From Octopus sinensis (lineage: Eukaryota), in NCBI RefSeq assembly GCF_006345805.1, contig NC_043010.1:57350001-57414000 (forward strand): DNA of 64,000 nucleotides, in the 5' to 3' direction. Shown here in pieces: positions 1 through 12,923 of this stretch. A program made the position numbers and the translations under genes. Numbering within the stretch: position 1 is the first letter of the stretch; every line of letters starts with the position of its first letter. The notes under the pieces were generated by a model. That model was not told the origin of the DNA and did no database searches. It saw only the letters and a program-made list of their open reading frames with translations.

Positions 1-144
1 TAAGTAGCTTGCTAACCAACCACATGGTTCCTGGTTCAGTCCCACTGCGTGGCATCTTGGGCAAGTGTCTTCTGCTATAGCCCCAGGCTGACCAATGCCT
101 TGTGAGTGGATTTGGTAGACTGAAACTGAAAGAAGCCTGTTGTA

Positions 145-183
<39 letters not shown>

Positions 184-410
184 ATGTGTTTGTGTGTCTG
201 TGTTTGTCCTCCTAGCTTGCTTGACAACCGATGCTGGTGTGTTTACGTCCCCGTCACTTAGTGGTTTGGCAAAAAAGACCGATAGAATAAGTACTGGGCT
301 TACAAAGAATAAGTCCTGGGGTCGATTTGCTCGACTAAAGGCGGTGCTCCAGCATGGCCACAGTCAAACGACTGAAACAAGTAAAAGAGTAAAAGAGATA
401 TATATATGTG
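1..410 (+). mobile_element. tRNA-derived SINE, family A (head truncated by window edge)
   Basis: B-box-like GGTTCAGTCCC at 33-43, then a CTTGGGCAAGTG body motif, an internal (TA)/(TG) tract and the tail GACTGAAACAAGTAAAAGAGTAAAAGA; homologous copies at 7141-7533 and 24945-25325. Confidence 0.75.
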
Positions 411-419
411 TGTGTTTGA

Positions 420-629
420 CCCTTCTGTCCGGCACTAGTCGCCATGATAGATCGTTAGCCAGTACACATATTTTTTTCTCTCCTTGTTTTTTCTGTGTAT
501 CTTTCTGTAGAAGAGCATAGGCTCGAAACGTAAAAGACTTTTTCTATTCCTGAGCGTTATACTAATACATCTGTTTGTTTTGTACACCACCTGTCGTCTT
601 TTGTTTTTTTCGTAAACTCTCCCTATATA

Positions 630-630
<1 letters not shown>
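420..630 (+). mobile_element. Short non-autonomous element with hammerhead motif, flanked by (TA)n
   Basis: Homologous to the minus-strand copy at 14236-14430; contains the hammerhead motif at 500-537 and ends in CTCTCCC-(TA)n. Confidence 0.65.
500..537 (+). ncRNA. Minimal type I hammerhead ribozyme motif (A6U variant)
   Basis: UCUUU-CUGUAGA-A-GAGC(AUAG)GCUC-GAAA-C-GUA-AAAGA: 5-bp stem I, 4-bp stem II, palindromic ACGU stem III, GUA triplet. Confidence 0.6.
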
Positions 631-682
<52 letters not shown>

Positions 683-1262
683 ATATATGTATACATATAC
701 AGGTGCATGCACACATGTATAAATCAAATTAGGAACCCAAAACCAAACCATTTTTAATACATGTAACACTAAAATCATGGTGGAGATATTTTTTGCTTGG
801 TAATTTTATATAAAGCTTGTCTTCTTCAGAAATGTTATATTTTATATCTGTTATTATATTTATATATTCATCATCATATATTGTATTTATTATCTATGTT
901 ATCATATATTTTTCTCATTTTATTAAAATTGTTAAAAAAGAAAAAGATTATCCAAAATGTCCACTTGTTGTGCATTTCATCTTCATTAAAATTTACCATT
1001 AACAATCTGCTCTGTTTCCATTTTTATTTTTCCCCCTTTCAGTTTATAAACCTGTCTGCTATACATTATTATGGGCATAAAATCTCTTTCTTATTTCTTT
1101 CAAATCTTTATGTAAGAAGTTTCTGGTTTCTCACAAAGATACAAAACACCATTACTGCAGTTTAGATAACAGCAACAACAACAATTTACTGGCTGCATTT
1201 GAGGAAGATCTTGTATATTCTCACTCAGATGCATATGAGTGCATGCATGTAATGTGTGTGTG

Positions 1263-1294
<32 letters not shown>

Positions 1295-1981
1295 TGTATG
1301 TATGTATGTATGTATGTATGCATATATGTGTGTGTGTATGTACGTATGTATGTATGTGTGTATTTATGTATGTATGTATGTATGTATGTATGTATGAATG
1401 TATGTATGTATGTATGTACGTGTGTGTATGTATGTCTGTGTGTGTGTTTGTATGCATGTATGCATGCATGTATGTACACATGCATGTATGTATGTGTATG
1501 TATGTATGCATGTATGTATGCATGTATGTATGTATGTATGTATGTATGTATGTATGCATTCATGGATGCATGTATGTATGTATGTATTATGTATGCATGT
1601 ACATATGTGTGTATGTATGTATGAATGCATTCATGTATGTATGTGTATGTATGCACACATGTATGTATGTATGGATACAGTTTTGAGTTAAAGAAACCAT
1701 GGCAAATGCCAGGAAAGCGTTCAGTCTTGAATCGGTGATGCCTCACAAGCAGTGCCAAACCAGTTGTGCCAAAGTGTCTTCTAGTTGACACACAATGGCT
1801 GAAAGAAAACTAAAAGGAAACCTTTCATCATGGATCTCCTAGATCAGGACTGACTGTGGTTTGTAATGATTTGGTCTAGGGAATGGTGTTCTGCCCATGG
1901 CCATCACAACTCCTCCCAGTCAAGTGATATTCACAGCTTTTGTCAATATACATCGCTGAAAGATTTTCATACATACATACA

Positions 1982-2190
1982 TCTACAGTTACTCTATTCA
2001 GATTACAAGTTCAGGTTTATACCTGTAATTATTGGGGCACTGGGATATGTAAAACACTGCCTAAATACTAGTCTTGAGAAGTTAGGCTTCTCAAAACCAG
2101 AAAGGAGAAAGCTAATTCAAAGACTACAGATCCAGTCCATCACTGGAACTGTAAAAAAGCTGTAAAACTTTCCAGAAATATTTAAGAGAT
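1982..2190 (+). mobile_element. 3' fragment of an RLE-type non-LTR retrotransposon
   Basis: Translates as FIPVIIGALGYVKHCLNTSLEKLG...LQIQSITGTVK, matching the C-terminal PVxIGALG motif of RLE domains also seen at 58.7-58.8 kb. Confidence 0.6.
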
Positions 2191-2192
2191 GA

Positions 2193-2328
2193 GGAACTAT
2201 TTACATTATTTACATTTGACAGATATTTGTCCTAATCTTGTTTGTGGTTAACACAACGTTTCGGCTAATATACCCCTAGCTTTCATCAGATGTTTTGGGG
2301 AAGTTTCGAACCTGGGTTCTTATTCCTA

Positions 2329-2400
<72 letters not shown>

Positions 2401-2427
2401 TATTATTAATATTATTATTATTATTAT

Positions 2428-2464
<37 letters not shown>

Positions 2465-2552
2465 TGTAGTATATTGTTCAGGTCACTGCTTGGAATTGAA
2501 CTCGGAATCTTGGGGTTAATAGCCTGCGCTCTAAACCACTACACCATATGCC
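2193..2552 (-). mobile_element. tRNA-headed SINE with internal (ACT/AAT)n tract and hammerhead-containing 3' body
   Basis: Minus strand: A box TGGTGTAGTGG and B box GAGTTCAATTCC (head 2552-2478), trinucleotide tract, hammerhead at 2294-2250, tail (AATGTAAAT)x2. Confidence 0.7.
2250..2294 (-). ncRNA. Minimal type I hammerhead ribozyme motif
   Basis: AACAU-CUGAUGA-A-AGCU...AGCC-GAAA-C-GUU-GUGUU: canonical core, 5-bp stem I, ACGU palindrome; the first stem II pair is an A-C mismatch. Confidence 0.7.
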
Positions 2553-2625
2553 TGTGGCTCTTTCTCTATTGGAATGAACTCTTGAAATAAAACTGAATAA
2601 TGACATACATACATATGCACATACA

Positions 2626-2657
<32 letters not shown>

Positions 2658-2829
2658 AATAGACATACACTATTACTCACGCACACCCATATTCTTACAT
2701 GCATGTATACATATATGTACATCCATATGCACATATACATACACATATATACATACATACATGTAGACACACATATCCATACATAAATGTATACACACAT
2801 ACATGTATACATTGATATAAACAGCTGCA

Positions 2830-3050
2830 AGTTGGTGGCCACAAGGAAAACGGGGATTCGAGAGGATCAATGATTTATGGTGGAAGGCCTGGGAAAAAAA
2901 GGGGTCTGTGAGGGGCTGGAAGGTGTGAACACAATATATCTGATAAGATGATAAGAGATTGATGGCTGGGGAGTTTGGGAATGAAAGTAGCCAGATATGG
3001 GGAGCAGAGGCCATTGTAGTAGTGGTAAATAGACAGTGAGTGGACATAGC
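2830..3050 (-). mobile_element. Decayed CR1/L2-like LINE 3' fragment
   Basis: HYYNGLCSPYLATFIP...FFPRPST resembles the ORF2 C-terminal YYNGxCS...SFxPRT motif; frameshifted. Confidence 0.4.
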
Positions 3051-3189
3051 AGGTCAGTAACAACCAAAGCAGGAAACGATCACATGCACTACATATTATC
3101 TATCACTGCTTGCTTGATCCACTAAAAACAGTAGCCAAATTTCCCTTCTTATCTCATTCTATTAAGAAGGAATAAAAAAGGAGTCACCA

Positions 3190-3372
3190 AGATGCCACAT
3201 AAAAAGCACCCAGTACACTCTGTAAAGTGGTTGGCATAGCATCCAGCCATAGAAACCATACCAAACAGATAATTAGAGCCTGGTGAAGCTCTCCAGCCTT
3301 GCCAGCTTCTGTCAAACAATCCAGCCCATGCCAGCATGGAAAGCGGACCTTAAATGATGATGATAACGATGT
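3190..3372 (+). mobile_element. RTE-3'-end-derived SINE, family B
   Basis: AAAAAGCACCCA...GTGGTTGGC...CCATGCCAGCATGGAAAGCGGAC followed by a (GAT)n tail. Confidence 0.7.
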
Positions 3373-3683
3373 AATGTTGTAATGATGCCTGAAAAAAAAA
3401 TAAAGATGGGGTGGTCACGATTGGAATGTCTTTAATCAAGAGTAAACTTGAGCAGGGCTAATCTGGGTGTTGCACCACAAGAAATTATAGAAATATCCTC
3501 AAGCCCTTACCCACATCCATAACGCTATCATCTTACAAAACATCAAACAGATAAACAGAATGCAAACCTCGCTCATAAATATCCCCCATCCAACAGCACA
3601 GTATTAGAATCATCACTAGGGATTCTCCATAGCAACAGCCTTTGTCCAGCTTCTGACGGCCAAAACACACACTACACCCTTAC

Positions 3684-3944
3684 ATCTCTCTCAGTGTTTC
3701 CACTTATTTGCAAAATGAAAATAGGAATTTCTGATGTGTTTCTCTGTTTTTTGTATTTAATTCTCTGATGTATGATTTTTAATAAATCCTGGCTAATGTG
3801 CAAAAGATTGTGAATATATTGGCAACAACATGTGCCAAAGTGGCACAGTTTGGGTTTTAGATCTTTCAACAACTCTACCGAAGAATCTTGGAGTTTCACA
3901 GAAGAAGCATTAAGTATATTAACTGGACACATGAGGCTTATTAA

Positions 3945-3952
<8 letters not shown>
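3684..3952 (-). CDS. Candidate host-gene exon, product unknown
   Basis: Open 269-nt segment ([31 protein letters not shown]...GNTERD) between an AG and a GAT|GTAAGG donor; the acceptor lacks a pyrimidine tract. Confidence 0.35.
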
Positions 3953-4515
<563 letters not shown>

Positions 4516-4985
4516 AAACAGTGGAAAAATAAATATATAACAGTGAGAGACAGGACAAGGAGAACAAGATAAGAAGGGCTGTTAACGCCAGACGAAAAAA
4601 GTATTGCAAACGCTGGATTAAAGTGGACGACGAGAGAGAAAAAATGTCGACCAGTAGCCTTAGAAGGCGGGCGAGAAAAGACAGGATAGCAGTTACGACG
4701 GAAGTATCGTCGCAGATGGACGACGGGAATGATATATATATATATATATATATAATATATATATATATAAACAGTGGAAAAATAAATATATAACAGTGAG
4801 AGACAGGACAAGGAGAACAAGATAAGAAGGGCTGTTAACGCCAGACGAAAAAAGTATTGCAAACGCTGGATTAAAGTGGACGACGAGAGAGAAAAAATGT
4901 CGACCAGTAGCCTTAGAAGGCGGGCGAGAAAAGACAGGATAGCAGTTACGACGGAAGTATCGTCGCAGATGGACAACGGGAATGA
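4516..4985. repeat. Tandem duplication of a 217-bp CpG-rich unit separated by (TA)n
   Basis: 4516-4732 and 4769-4985 are nearly identical (one substitution seen). Confidence 0.9.
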
Positions 4986-5061
4986 TATATATATATATAT
5001 ATATAAACACACATATATACATACTATCAAAAGGTTTGAGTCTGGTTTGCAATATCCTCCG

Positions 5062-5137
5062 TTGGCTGATCATGACTATGATTCTTATAAACACTTGAGG
5101 TGTCTCCTCATCTACCTTGAGAATCATGATCAGCCAA
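5062..5137. other. 76-nt hairpin (pre-miRNA-like geometry)
   Basis: TTGGCTGATCATGA pairs with TCATGATCAGCCAA; the stem extends via ATGATTCT/AGAATCAT with a 6-nt bulge. Confidence 0.5.
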
Positions 5138-6059
5138 GGGCTGAGCTGTAAATAAATTTACTTGACTACGTTTAATGAACCATGCACACAGCCTCACTGT
5201 GCAGATAGATGCTGCAGTTAAACTCCACTGCTGCTCTTTCAGCAGAACACATTGGAAAATGACTTGACTTGTTTTGTCTGGCCTTCACCAGCTCATTAGG
5301 TGTCTTGAATTCATTTTTTTGCAGAGACACAGTAGCTTAATGAAAACAGATGTTGTGATTAAACTACAGGGTTATTTCTGTGGAATGAACTAAAATATGA
5401 CATAATCAGTTTCTCGTGGTCTTTGCCAGCTCTTCAGGAATATTTGCTTAATTTGGCGAAACAGTAACTTAATGCAAATAAGCATTGCATTTAAACTATG
5501 GAGTTTTCTGTCCAGATTAAGCTGGAAAATGATTCGGGTAGTTTCACCTGGTTTTTCCCAGTTCAAACTACAGAGAGGGAGTGGAGGTTAATATAAACAG
5601 ATATTGTGATTAAACTGCAGGGTTCTCTGTACTCAATGAACTGGGGAATAACAGTTAGTTTCACCTGGTTTTTACCAGTTCAACAGGTGTCTTTACTTTT
5701 TTCCACACAAAGAGAGAGTAGCTGACAACCACTTATGGGAAGTGTGATGTGTACCAGGACAGATTTTAAATTTTTGCACTCAAGTACACTAAAATCACAG
5801 TAAAATCACTTGTGTGTTTATTAAACATACAGATGTAAACTTCTCTAAGAATTATACACACACAAGCTGTTGATTTTGCTAAATCATATGCGTCACAATG
5901 TGTCTCACTTCCTGCTATATTTCTGCACACCTCCCATTAGACATTATTCCTTTCCAAAGACTACCCAGAAAACACTATTCCTCAAATCTTTTCTCTCCTC
6001 TCCATCTCTCAAATATCTCTTCCTGGGCATGGACACATTAAAGCTCTGACATCTGGCAG

Positions 6060-6470
6060 CTGACTTAGTAGATGCCTGCAAGATTATCCACCATCTTTTC
6101 AACAACAAGCTTGGGCACCTTTTTGAATTCCATACATCTAATACTCTTGGACATGCTTACAAAATCAAAAACCAACACAGCAGCTATGATTTTCAGAAAC
6201 ATTTTTTCATGCTCAAAATTTACTGAAGCATGGAATAAATTACCTGCATCAGTTGTTAGCTGTTGGTACAATGTCTTTCAACCTTCCACGCTTCCTGGAA
6301 TTCACCAACCATACACCTGATGTCCCCACAGATCCCTTTTTATTTGTAAATGACTCATTTACTGTTCACTTCCTGTGCATTATTCCATGCACTTTTGGTT
6401 ACCCTTTCGGATGAGATGTAGTGTACCTGAACACGGTAGACAATAAGTTCGTTAGTGTTATTATTACCAT
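6060..6470 (+). mobile_element. CR1-like LINE 3' fragment
   Basis: RNIF...EAWNKLPASVVSC matches the CR1 ORF2 C-terminal WNxLPxxVV motif. Confidence 0.6.
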
Positions 6471-7140
6471 TCATTCAACTAAAAATGTTTTAGAATTTAG
6501 ACTACACCCCCCCCCCCAGTCATCCCTATTCTCTGGTTCGTTTGACCCCATTTCGATCACACACCTCTAGCTTTTCTCTTCCACCTAAATAATAGTGTAA
6601 CAGAATTAAGGCCAGGCATCGGTCAGATGATCACATCATATTAAAGATATATGTCAGTGTTGGTCAACAAATGAGGCTGAGGGAGAGTAGATATGACAAC
6701 GATGATGATGATGGTTAATAGTGATGACGATGACGGTAATGATGATGATGGTGGTGGTGGTGGTGGTGGTGGTGGTGGTGGTGAGGGTGGTCGTGGACTG
6801 CGGTGGTCCCCATGAAGCAAAAACAAAATGAAGGCAATGACACTGTCTGTTCTTTCAAGGCTGACATCATTAAGTTAAACAAGAATAAAATCCCTTACAT
6901 GGCCATCTGAGTTGCTAGAAATTGCAGTCGAATTTCTCATAAATCTACACTACCGTCTTGAGATTAGCATTTAATCTTAGCTATAGTCCCCCCCCCACCC
7001 CATCAAGATGGTATGGTCATGACTGGAATGTCTTTTATTATAGGCTGTTCTATCAGGGCGAACGGGCTAACCTGGGGTTAAACAACAGCTACAACATTAT
7101 CTGAGAAGAATGCTTAGCACCATTTCATCTGCCTCCTATA

Positions 7141-7337
7141 TTCTTTTACTCTTTTACTTGTTTCAATCATTTGACTGTGGCCATGATGGAGCACCGCCTT
7201 TAATCGAGCAAATTGACCCCAGGACTTATTCTTTGTAAGCCTAATAGTTATTCTATCGTAACTGCTAAGTTACAGGGATGTAAACACACCAGCATCGGTT
7301 GTCAAGTGATGTTGGGGGGACAAACACAGACACACAA

Positions 7338-7394
<57 letters not shown>

Positions 7395-7533
7395 CGACGG
7401 GTTTCTTTCAATTTCCATCTTTCAAATCCACTCACAAGGCTTTGGTTGGCTCGAGGTTATAGAAGAAGACACTTGCCCAAGGTGCCACGCAGTGGGACTG
7501 AACCCGGAACCGTGTGGTTGGTAAGCAAGCTCC
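7141..7533 (-). mobile_element. SINE family A
   Basis: Reverse-complement homologue of 1-410, with B box GGTTCAGTCCC. Confidence 0.75.
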
Positions 7534-7985
7534 CTATGTTAAGAGGTCAAATTTTGCTGAGATTGATTTTTGCCTTTTAACATTTCAGGGTTGATAAAAT
7601 AAAAACCAGTTGAGCATAGGGGTCGACATAATTGACTTACCCCCCTCATCATCTGAAATTGCTTTGCTGGCCTTGTGCTGGAATTTAAAATCAATATTAT
7701 AATTGCCTCAGTCAGCCTGTCTGTCAACAGCTACCACTATCACTTTACCTCTGAGTGGCTTCCAGTCGGAAGAGCACCCAGCTGTAAAACATAATTTACT
7801 CAAACAATCTGAGACTATTGAGATTTGTAAACAGCCAGGCCGAATGTGTTCTCGCCCTGTTTGCTGTGGAGGAAGAACCGTATGTCAAGCAGAAATAGGT
7901 TTATACTGAAGTAATCCTGGCAAATGTAATCAAGCGTGAACAAACAAAATGTGAAGCAAACTCTCAGGATGAAGAGGAATCTTAC

Positions 7986-8119
7986 CATCTTGCCAACGCA
8001 AGAATCTGTCTCCAGATAAAATGTAGGACAGATCTCTTCTTTCTTTTTCTTTTCTTTTTGTTTTGTGTTGTTTTTGTTTATGCATTTGAATAATTCTCTA
8101 CTTGCACGTAGAGAAGATT
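7986..8119 (-). CDS. Candidate exon ending ATG|GTAAG (internal coding exon, or 5'UTR plus start codon)
   Basis: T-rich acceptor (...AACCAG) and a strong donor; open frame SSLRASRELFKCINK...TDSCVGKM. Confidence 0.4.
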
Positions 8120-9039
8120 CTGGTTGTTATGAAAACAATAACAACAACAGTAATTAAAAGAAACAAACAAGAAACAAGGCAAAGCAATCTATTTAATATG
8201 TATGAAGAGTCTGTATTTTAATTTCACTGTTTTAATCAGACAGCTTCAACTCGTCAACGACCTTCATTTTAATAATAAAAACCCATGGTAATCCTATTAC
8301 AAAAACAACAACAAAAACAAAAGCAACAAAAACTGGCAATTGATTTTTTAAAAAACATTTTTTGTTTTCATCTTGTTTTCTTTTAGTTGCAGGATTAAAA
8401 ATCACTATTCTGAATAGACCAGGCCATTGTTTTTTTAGACAAGTCCTGTTTGTACAAAAATCTCTTAGTATATAATTGATTTTTGAGCAGCATAGTTCAG
8501 AGATGTGTGATTTACCGCTTGCTTGCGCACAATTCCAGTTGAAATGAAGTAGGCAAGGAATGCTGCTGAGTGAGAAATCAGCACTGAGCGATAACAGACT
8601 GCCTCCCTCTCAATGCTTCATTTTATGATTATATTGATAATAATTTCCAAAACAACACACAATGTAACAAAAATAGAACAAACCATTATTCGGTGCTAGT
8701 CTTGTCAATACAACCATGAACAGACTTCAGTTTTTCTGTTGATTTTAATGACTTTTACTTCTTTAGAGAAATTCAAAAAGTAAAACTGAATATTTTCATA
8801 AAATCTTTGGCAAATTCATTTCTAAACATGAAACATTACGGTTACAATATTGTATACTACAAATACATATGGTTTGTGTGATAGGCTAGTTCCAAGCTAA
8901 GATTCTCAAGGAATCTTAGTGAAATATAAGATAAGACAAGTCTTATTTTTTAAAAAGACATTTGTGGTAAAAAATCTCAAATCAAGGAAAGTATCCATAT
9001 AAGGTAAAAGTATCTATATAAGGTAAATCTAAACCTAAA

Positions 9040-9890
9040 TAAAACAAGTTCAGTATGCAAATATGCTAGTAGGTGTCCATCAGGGCTGTGGTCTCAGCCC
9101 TTCCCTCTTAATTATTGTTCTTCAGCTCATAAAAGAGGAGGGAACAAGAGTCTGTCAGTAGGATCCCCTGTGTGTCAATGCTATGGTTCTCATTGCTGAG
9201 TGAAAGAATTAGGAAGAGAATTTCTAAATTTGGAAGTAGAGTCCAGAATCAAAGAGTCATAAAAACAAACAACTTAAGTTAGCAGAAAGGATAAAAAACT
9301 CCTTTGTCATCTGGGAAGGGGTCATGTTTGATATGCAAATATGTTGGTAGACTCTCTTTTCTGTGAAACCATTGTAAAGTATAGATGAGTGGCAGGAGAA
9401 AGGCCTTAGTTTTTGATGCTGACCAGGAGCAAGTATCAGGTCACACTTGGTAAGGATTCTTTTCTATGTCCCCAAAAGGTTTCCTTCCCCTTGTCGAAGA
9501 AGTCTGGTCTGTGCTACATAGGTGACCAAATCAGCACAGGAAGTAGGACTGTGGAATGCGGATCAAGAATGAGGAAGAAAAAGTTCAGAGAGCCATGACC
9601 TGCTCTGGCAAGAAAGGGGGTCATCTTGAACATGGAAGTTGTGAAGGTGGGGAACGAGATGAAGATTGACTGAATGAACGTTTTGTGTCAGTGGGGATGG
9701 AAAACAGAGCAGAAATGTCCTGAAAAGGAAACTGGGCACCAGGGAAATGAGGGAGAAGAGGAATTTGTGATGCGAATGGGTGGTGACAGCTGGGTAAAGA
9801 TATATCAAGTGACCCAAGCAAAAGAGGAAACCTGAGGAAGACATGCGATGAAATGGGTGAAGTGTCACAAAAGAGAGGATGAGCGATGAT
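9040..9890 (+). mobile_element. Decayed RTE LINE (RT region to C-terminus)
   Basis: Remnant VGVHQGxxLSPxLxIIVLQ RT motif at ~9080 and YIGDQIS...KFREP motif at ~9510-9600; many indels. Confidence 0.6.
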
Positions 9891-9959
9891 GATATTTAGA
9901 GAAATGCTTCATTGGGGAAGACCTGGTGCATTTGGGAAAATGGATGTAAAATAATGATA

Positions 9960-10041
9960 CTGGTGGTGATGATGATGATGATGATGATGGTGGTGGTGTC
10001 GGTGGTGGTGGTGGTGGTGGTGGTGGTGGTGGTGGTGGTGG

Positions 10042-10081
<40 letters not shown>

Positions 10082-10125
10082 ATGATGATGATGATGATGA
10101 CGACGATGATGATGATGATGTGGAG
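9960..10125. repeat. (GGT)n/(GAT)n compound microsatellite
   Basis: Direct inspection. Confidence 0.95.
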
Positions 10126-10499
10126 GTGGAAAATATGAAGAAAGTGAAAATATGAATCTAGTGATTGAAGACTTTGAAGGTTATTCTGCTTGGAAAACTA
10201 TGAATTAAGAAAGAAAGGAAAAGAACGTAAACAACAGCAACAAAAACAAAAAACAAGAAAAGAAGAAAAAGCCTGTCCTCCTCTTTGAGAGAGAATCATA
10301 ATGAGAATTCTGAGTTGTGTTGAATTTTAAATAAATTATTAGAGTTTCCTTATCTTTGCAAGGTTTGGTGAACATGTTTGAACATTTAATATGAAAGCTT
10401 TTTAAGAATTAACATGGAAAAAATCTGAAAAGGTTCTTTGCTTGAAAACGGTATTTCTCCTTGGAAATCTAAATATGTTGTTTATTTATCAGAAAACAT

Positions 10500-10732
10500 T
10501 CACAACCACAACTACTACCACAACCACCACAACCACAACTACTACCACAACTACTACCACAACTACTACCACAACTACTACCACAACTACTACCACCACA
10601 ACTACTACCACAACCACCACCACAACTACTACCACCACTACTACCACATCTACTACCACAACCACAACCACCACAACTACTACCACAACTACTACCACAA
10701 CTACTACCACCACTACTACCACCACAACAACC
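10500..10732. repeat. ACA/ACT/ACC compound repeat with a 12-bp ACAACTACTACC higher-order unit
   Basis: Direct inspection; explains the poly-T/poly-V ORFs. Confidence 0.9.
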
Positions 10733-10789
10733 TCCTTTCACAAGATGAGAGCTGTTAAATGACAGGAGTAAATACCTTGTGCTGTTTTG

Positions 10790-10930
10790 TCCTGCCAAGG
10801 TGAACTTTGCCTTTCATCCTTTTGTGATCGATAAAATAAAGAACTGGCCCAGGGTGATGGATGAATGGAATTGTCAGAGATACCTTGTGGTATTTGTTAC
10901 AATCCTGACTTCTTAATTGGCTGACTTCAT
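10790..10930 (+). mobile_element. SINE family C body fragment
   Basis: TTTGCCTTTCATCCTTT...GATAAAATAAA motif shared with ~7560-7650 and ~19550-19620; the latter is preceded by a GAGTTCAAATCC B box. Confidence 0.5.
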
Positions 10931-11219
10931 CTGTCATTTGGTGTACCACCACCACCACCACCACCACCACCATTGTCACTGCTGCCACCCCCACCCCCAC
11001 TCTGGGGAAAATATTTAGACTAGGTCCCCCCACCACCACTTAGTCTCAGAGGCTCTATAAAAATGAAGGGTAATAGGTATGTTCTTCTCCTCAACTGACT
11101 AAAGGGTAAAAATGGTAAAAACAACAATAATAACAAATACAACAACAGCAACAACAAAAACTATGTAAATGAACTGAATAAAACTGAATAAGAGAATATT
11201 GAATACAGCAATAACCAGA

Positions 11220-11420
11220 ACATGAAGAAGAAGAAGAAGAAGAAGAAGAAGAAGAAGAAGAAGAAGAAGAAGAAGAAGAAGAAGGGGGAGGATGAGGGGA
11301 AGGAGGAGGAGGAGGAGAAGAAGAATGGGGAAGAGGGGAGGAGGGGAGGAGGGGAGGAGGAGGAGGAGAAGAAGAAGAGGACAAAGAAGAAGAAAAAGAA
11401 GAGGAAGAAAAAGAAGTGAA
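11220..11420. repeat. (GAA)n/(GAG)n purine tract
   Basis: Direct inspection. Confidence 0.95.
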
Positions 11421-12125
11421 GAAGGAAAAGAAGAAAAAGGAGAACAAGAACTACAGCCTTTAGTAGAATAATAAGTACAACCACAACAATTGTAATGATA
11501 AGAAGAACAACAACAATGATAATTAATTAGTAGAGAGAGGGGGAGAGGGAGAAAGAGAGGGAAAGCAAAGGAGAGAAAGAGGGAGGGAGAGAGAGAGAGA
11601 GAGAGAGAGAGGCTGTGATGATATGTTTTTTGACATTTCATCCAGATTTTGCAAAGTACAGTGAAAACTCCAATGAGATTCCCTCCGATTGGTGATAATG
11701 ACTGCACCATTCATTAACGACTCCATTGATTTGGTTTTCATTTACTTTTATTTTTTTAATTGGTATTCTTTGTCCATGTGTGATATTGTGTTTCCCCTCC
11801 TCCATGTGTGTGTCCATGTGTCCAAGTAAACATTATGTGTAACAGCATTTCTCATTGAAACGTCTCGGCATTGAAGTCAACAACAGCTGTAAAACACAGC
11901 CAGAACATTGGCAAACAGCAGTGTGTAAATAGCTTGTTAGGGGTCTACGCCTGGCTGTGTGTGTGAGTATATATATACATACATACATACATATATAAAT
12001 ATTATATATGTATGTATGTATGATTATATCTATATAAATATGTGTTTATGTGTGTGTGGTGTACGTGTGCATGTATGTGTATGTGTGAATATATATATGT
12101 ATATGTATATGTATGTGTGAGTATA

Positions 12126-12169
<44 letters not shown>

Positions 12170-12889
12170 TATATGTATGTATGTACGTACGTATGTATGT
12201 ATGTATGTATGTATGTATGTACGTACGTATGATTGTATCTATATAAATATATGTTTATGCGTGTCTGGTGTGTGTGTATATATGTATATGTGTGCGTGTA
12301 TGCATGAGTATATATAAATATATGTTTATGTGTGTGTGCTGTGTGTGTGTGTGTGTGTAGGTGTGTAGGTATACATTATGTGTATGTGTGTGTGTGTGTA
12401 TATCAATGTATACATGCGTGTGTGTGTGTTTATACATGTGTTTGGCGCATGTGTCTATATATGTGTTTACATGTATGTGTGTGCATGTGTGAAGAGAGAG
12501 AGAGAGAGAGAGAGATGTAGAGGGGGGAGCATGACATGCACACCACACCTGGCCCCGTACTATGAAAAATACTAAACCAAACCGTCCTGTTGTGTGGAAG
12601 TTTAGACAGAATCCTGCAGCAGAGGAATAGGAATGGAAGGGGCTTGCATGTATATGTGTATCTGTGTACGTATGTGTATGCATGTGTGCATACGTATGGT
12701 GTGTGTGTTATGTGTATTTCTGCATATGTATGTATGTCTTCATATGTGTGTGCATATTCTATGATGTTTCTGTTCCACAATGCAGAGATTTCAGTAAGAG
12801 TCTGTACCAAGTTCTCAGCTGAAACCAAGCCAAAAATATAGTCTGAATATGACTGACAATTTATATGATGATCGATTACATATTCACGT

Positions 12890-12923
<34 letters not shown>

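Noticed and set aside
900-1000. HNKWTFW resemblance to eIF4E
   Set aside because: Seven-residue match in AT-rich low-complexity sequence with no continuation.
1221-1791. MYVC/HTYI/IYLS-type ORFs here and throughout the window
   Set aside because: Translations of (TATG)n, (CA)n, (TA)n and (TATC)n microsatellites.
2478-2552. Functional tRNA gene
   Set aside because: Has A and B boxes but I could not build a full cloverleaf or acceptor stem; it continues into a SINE body.
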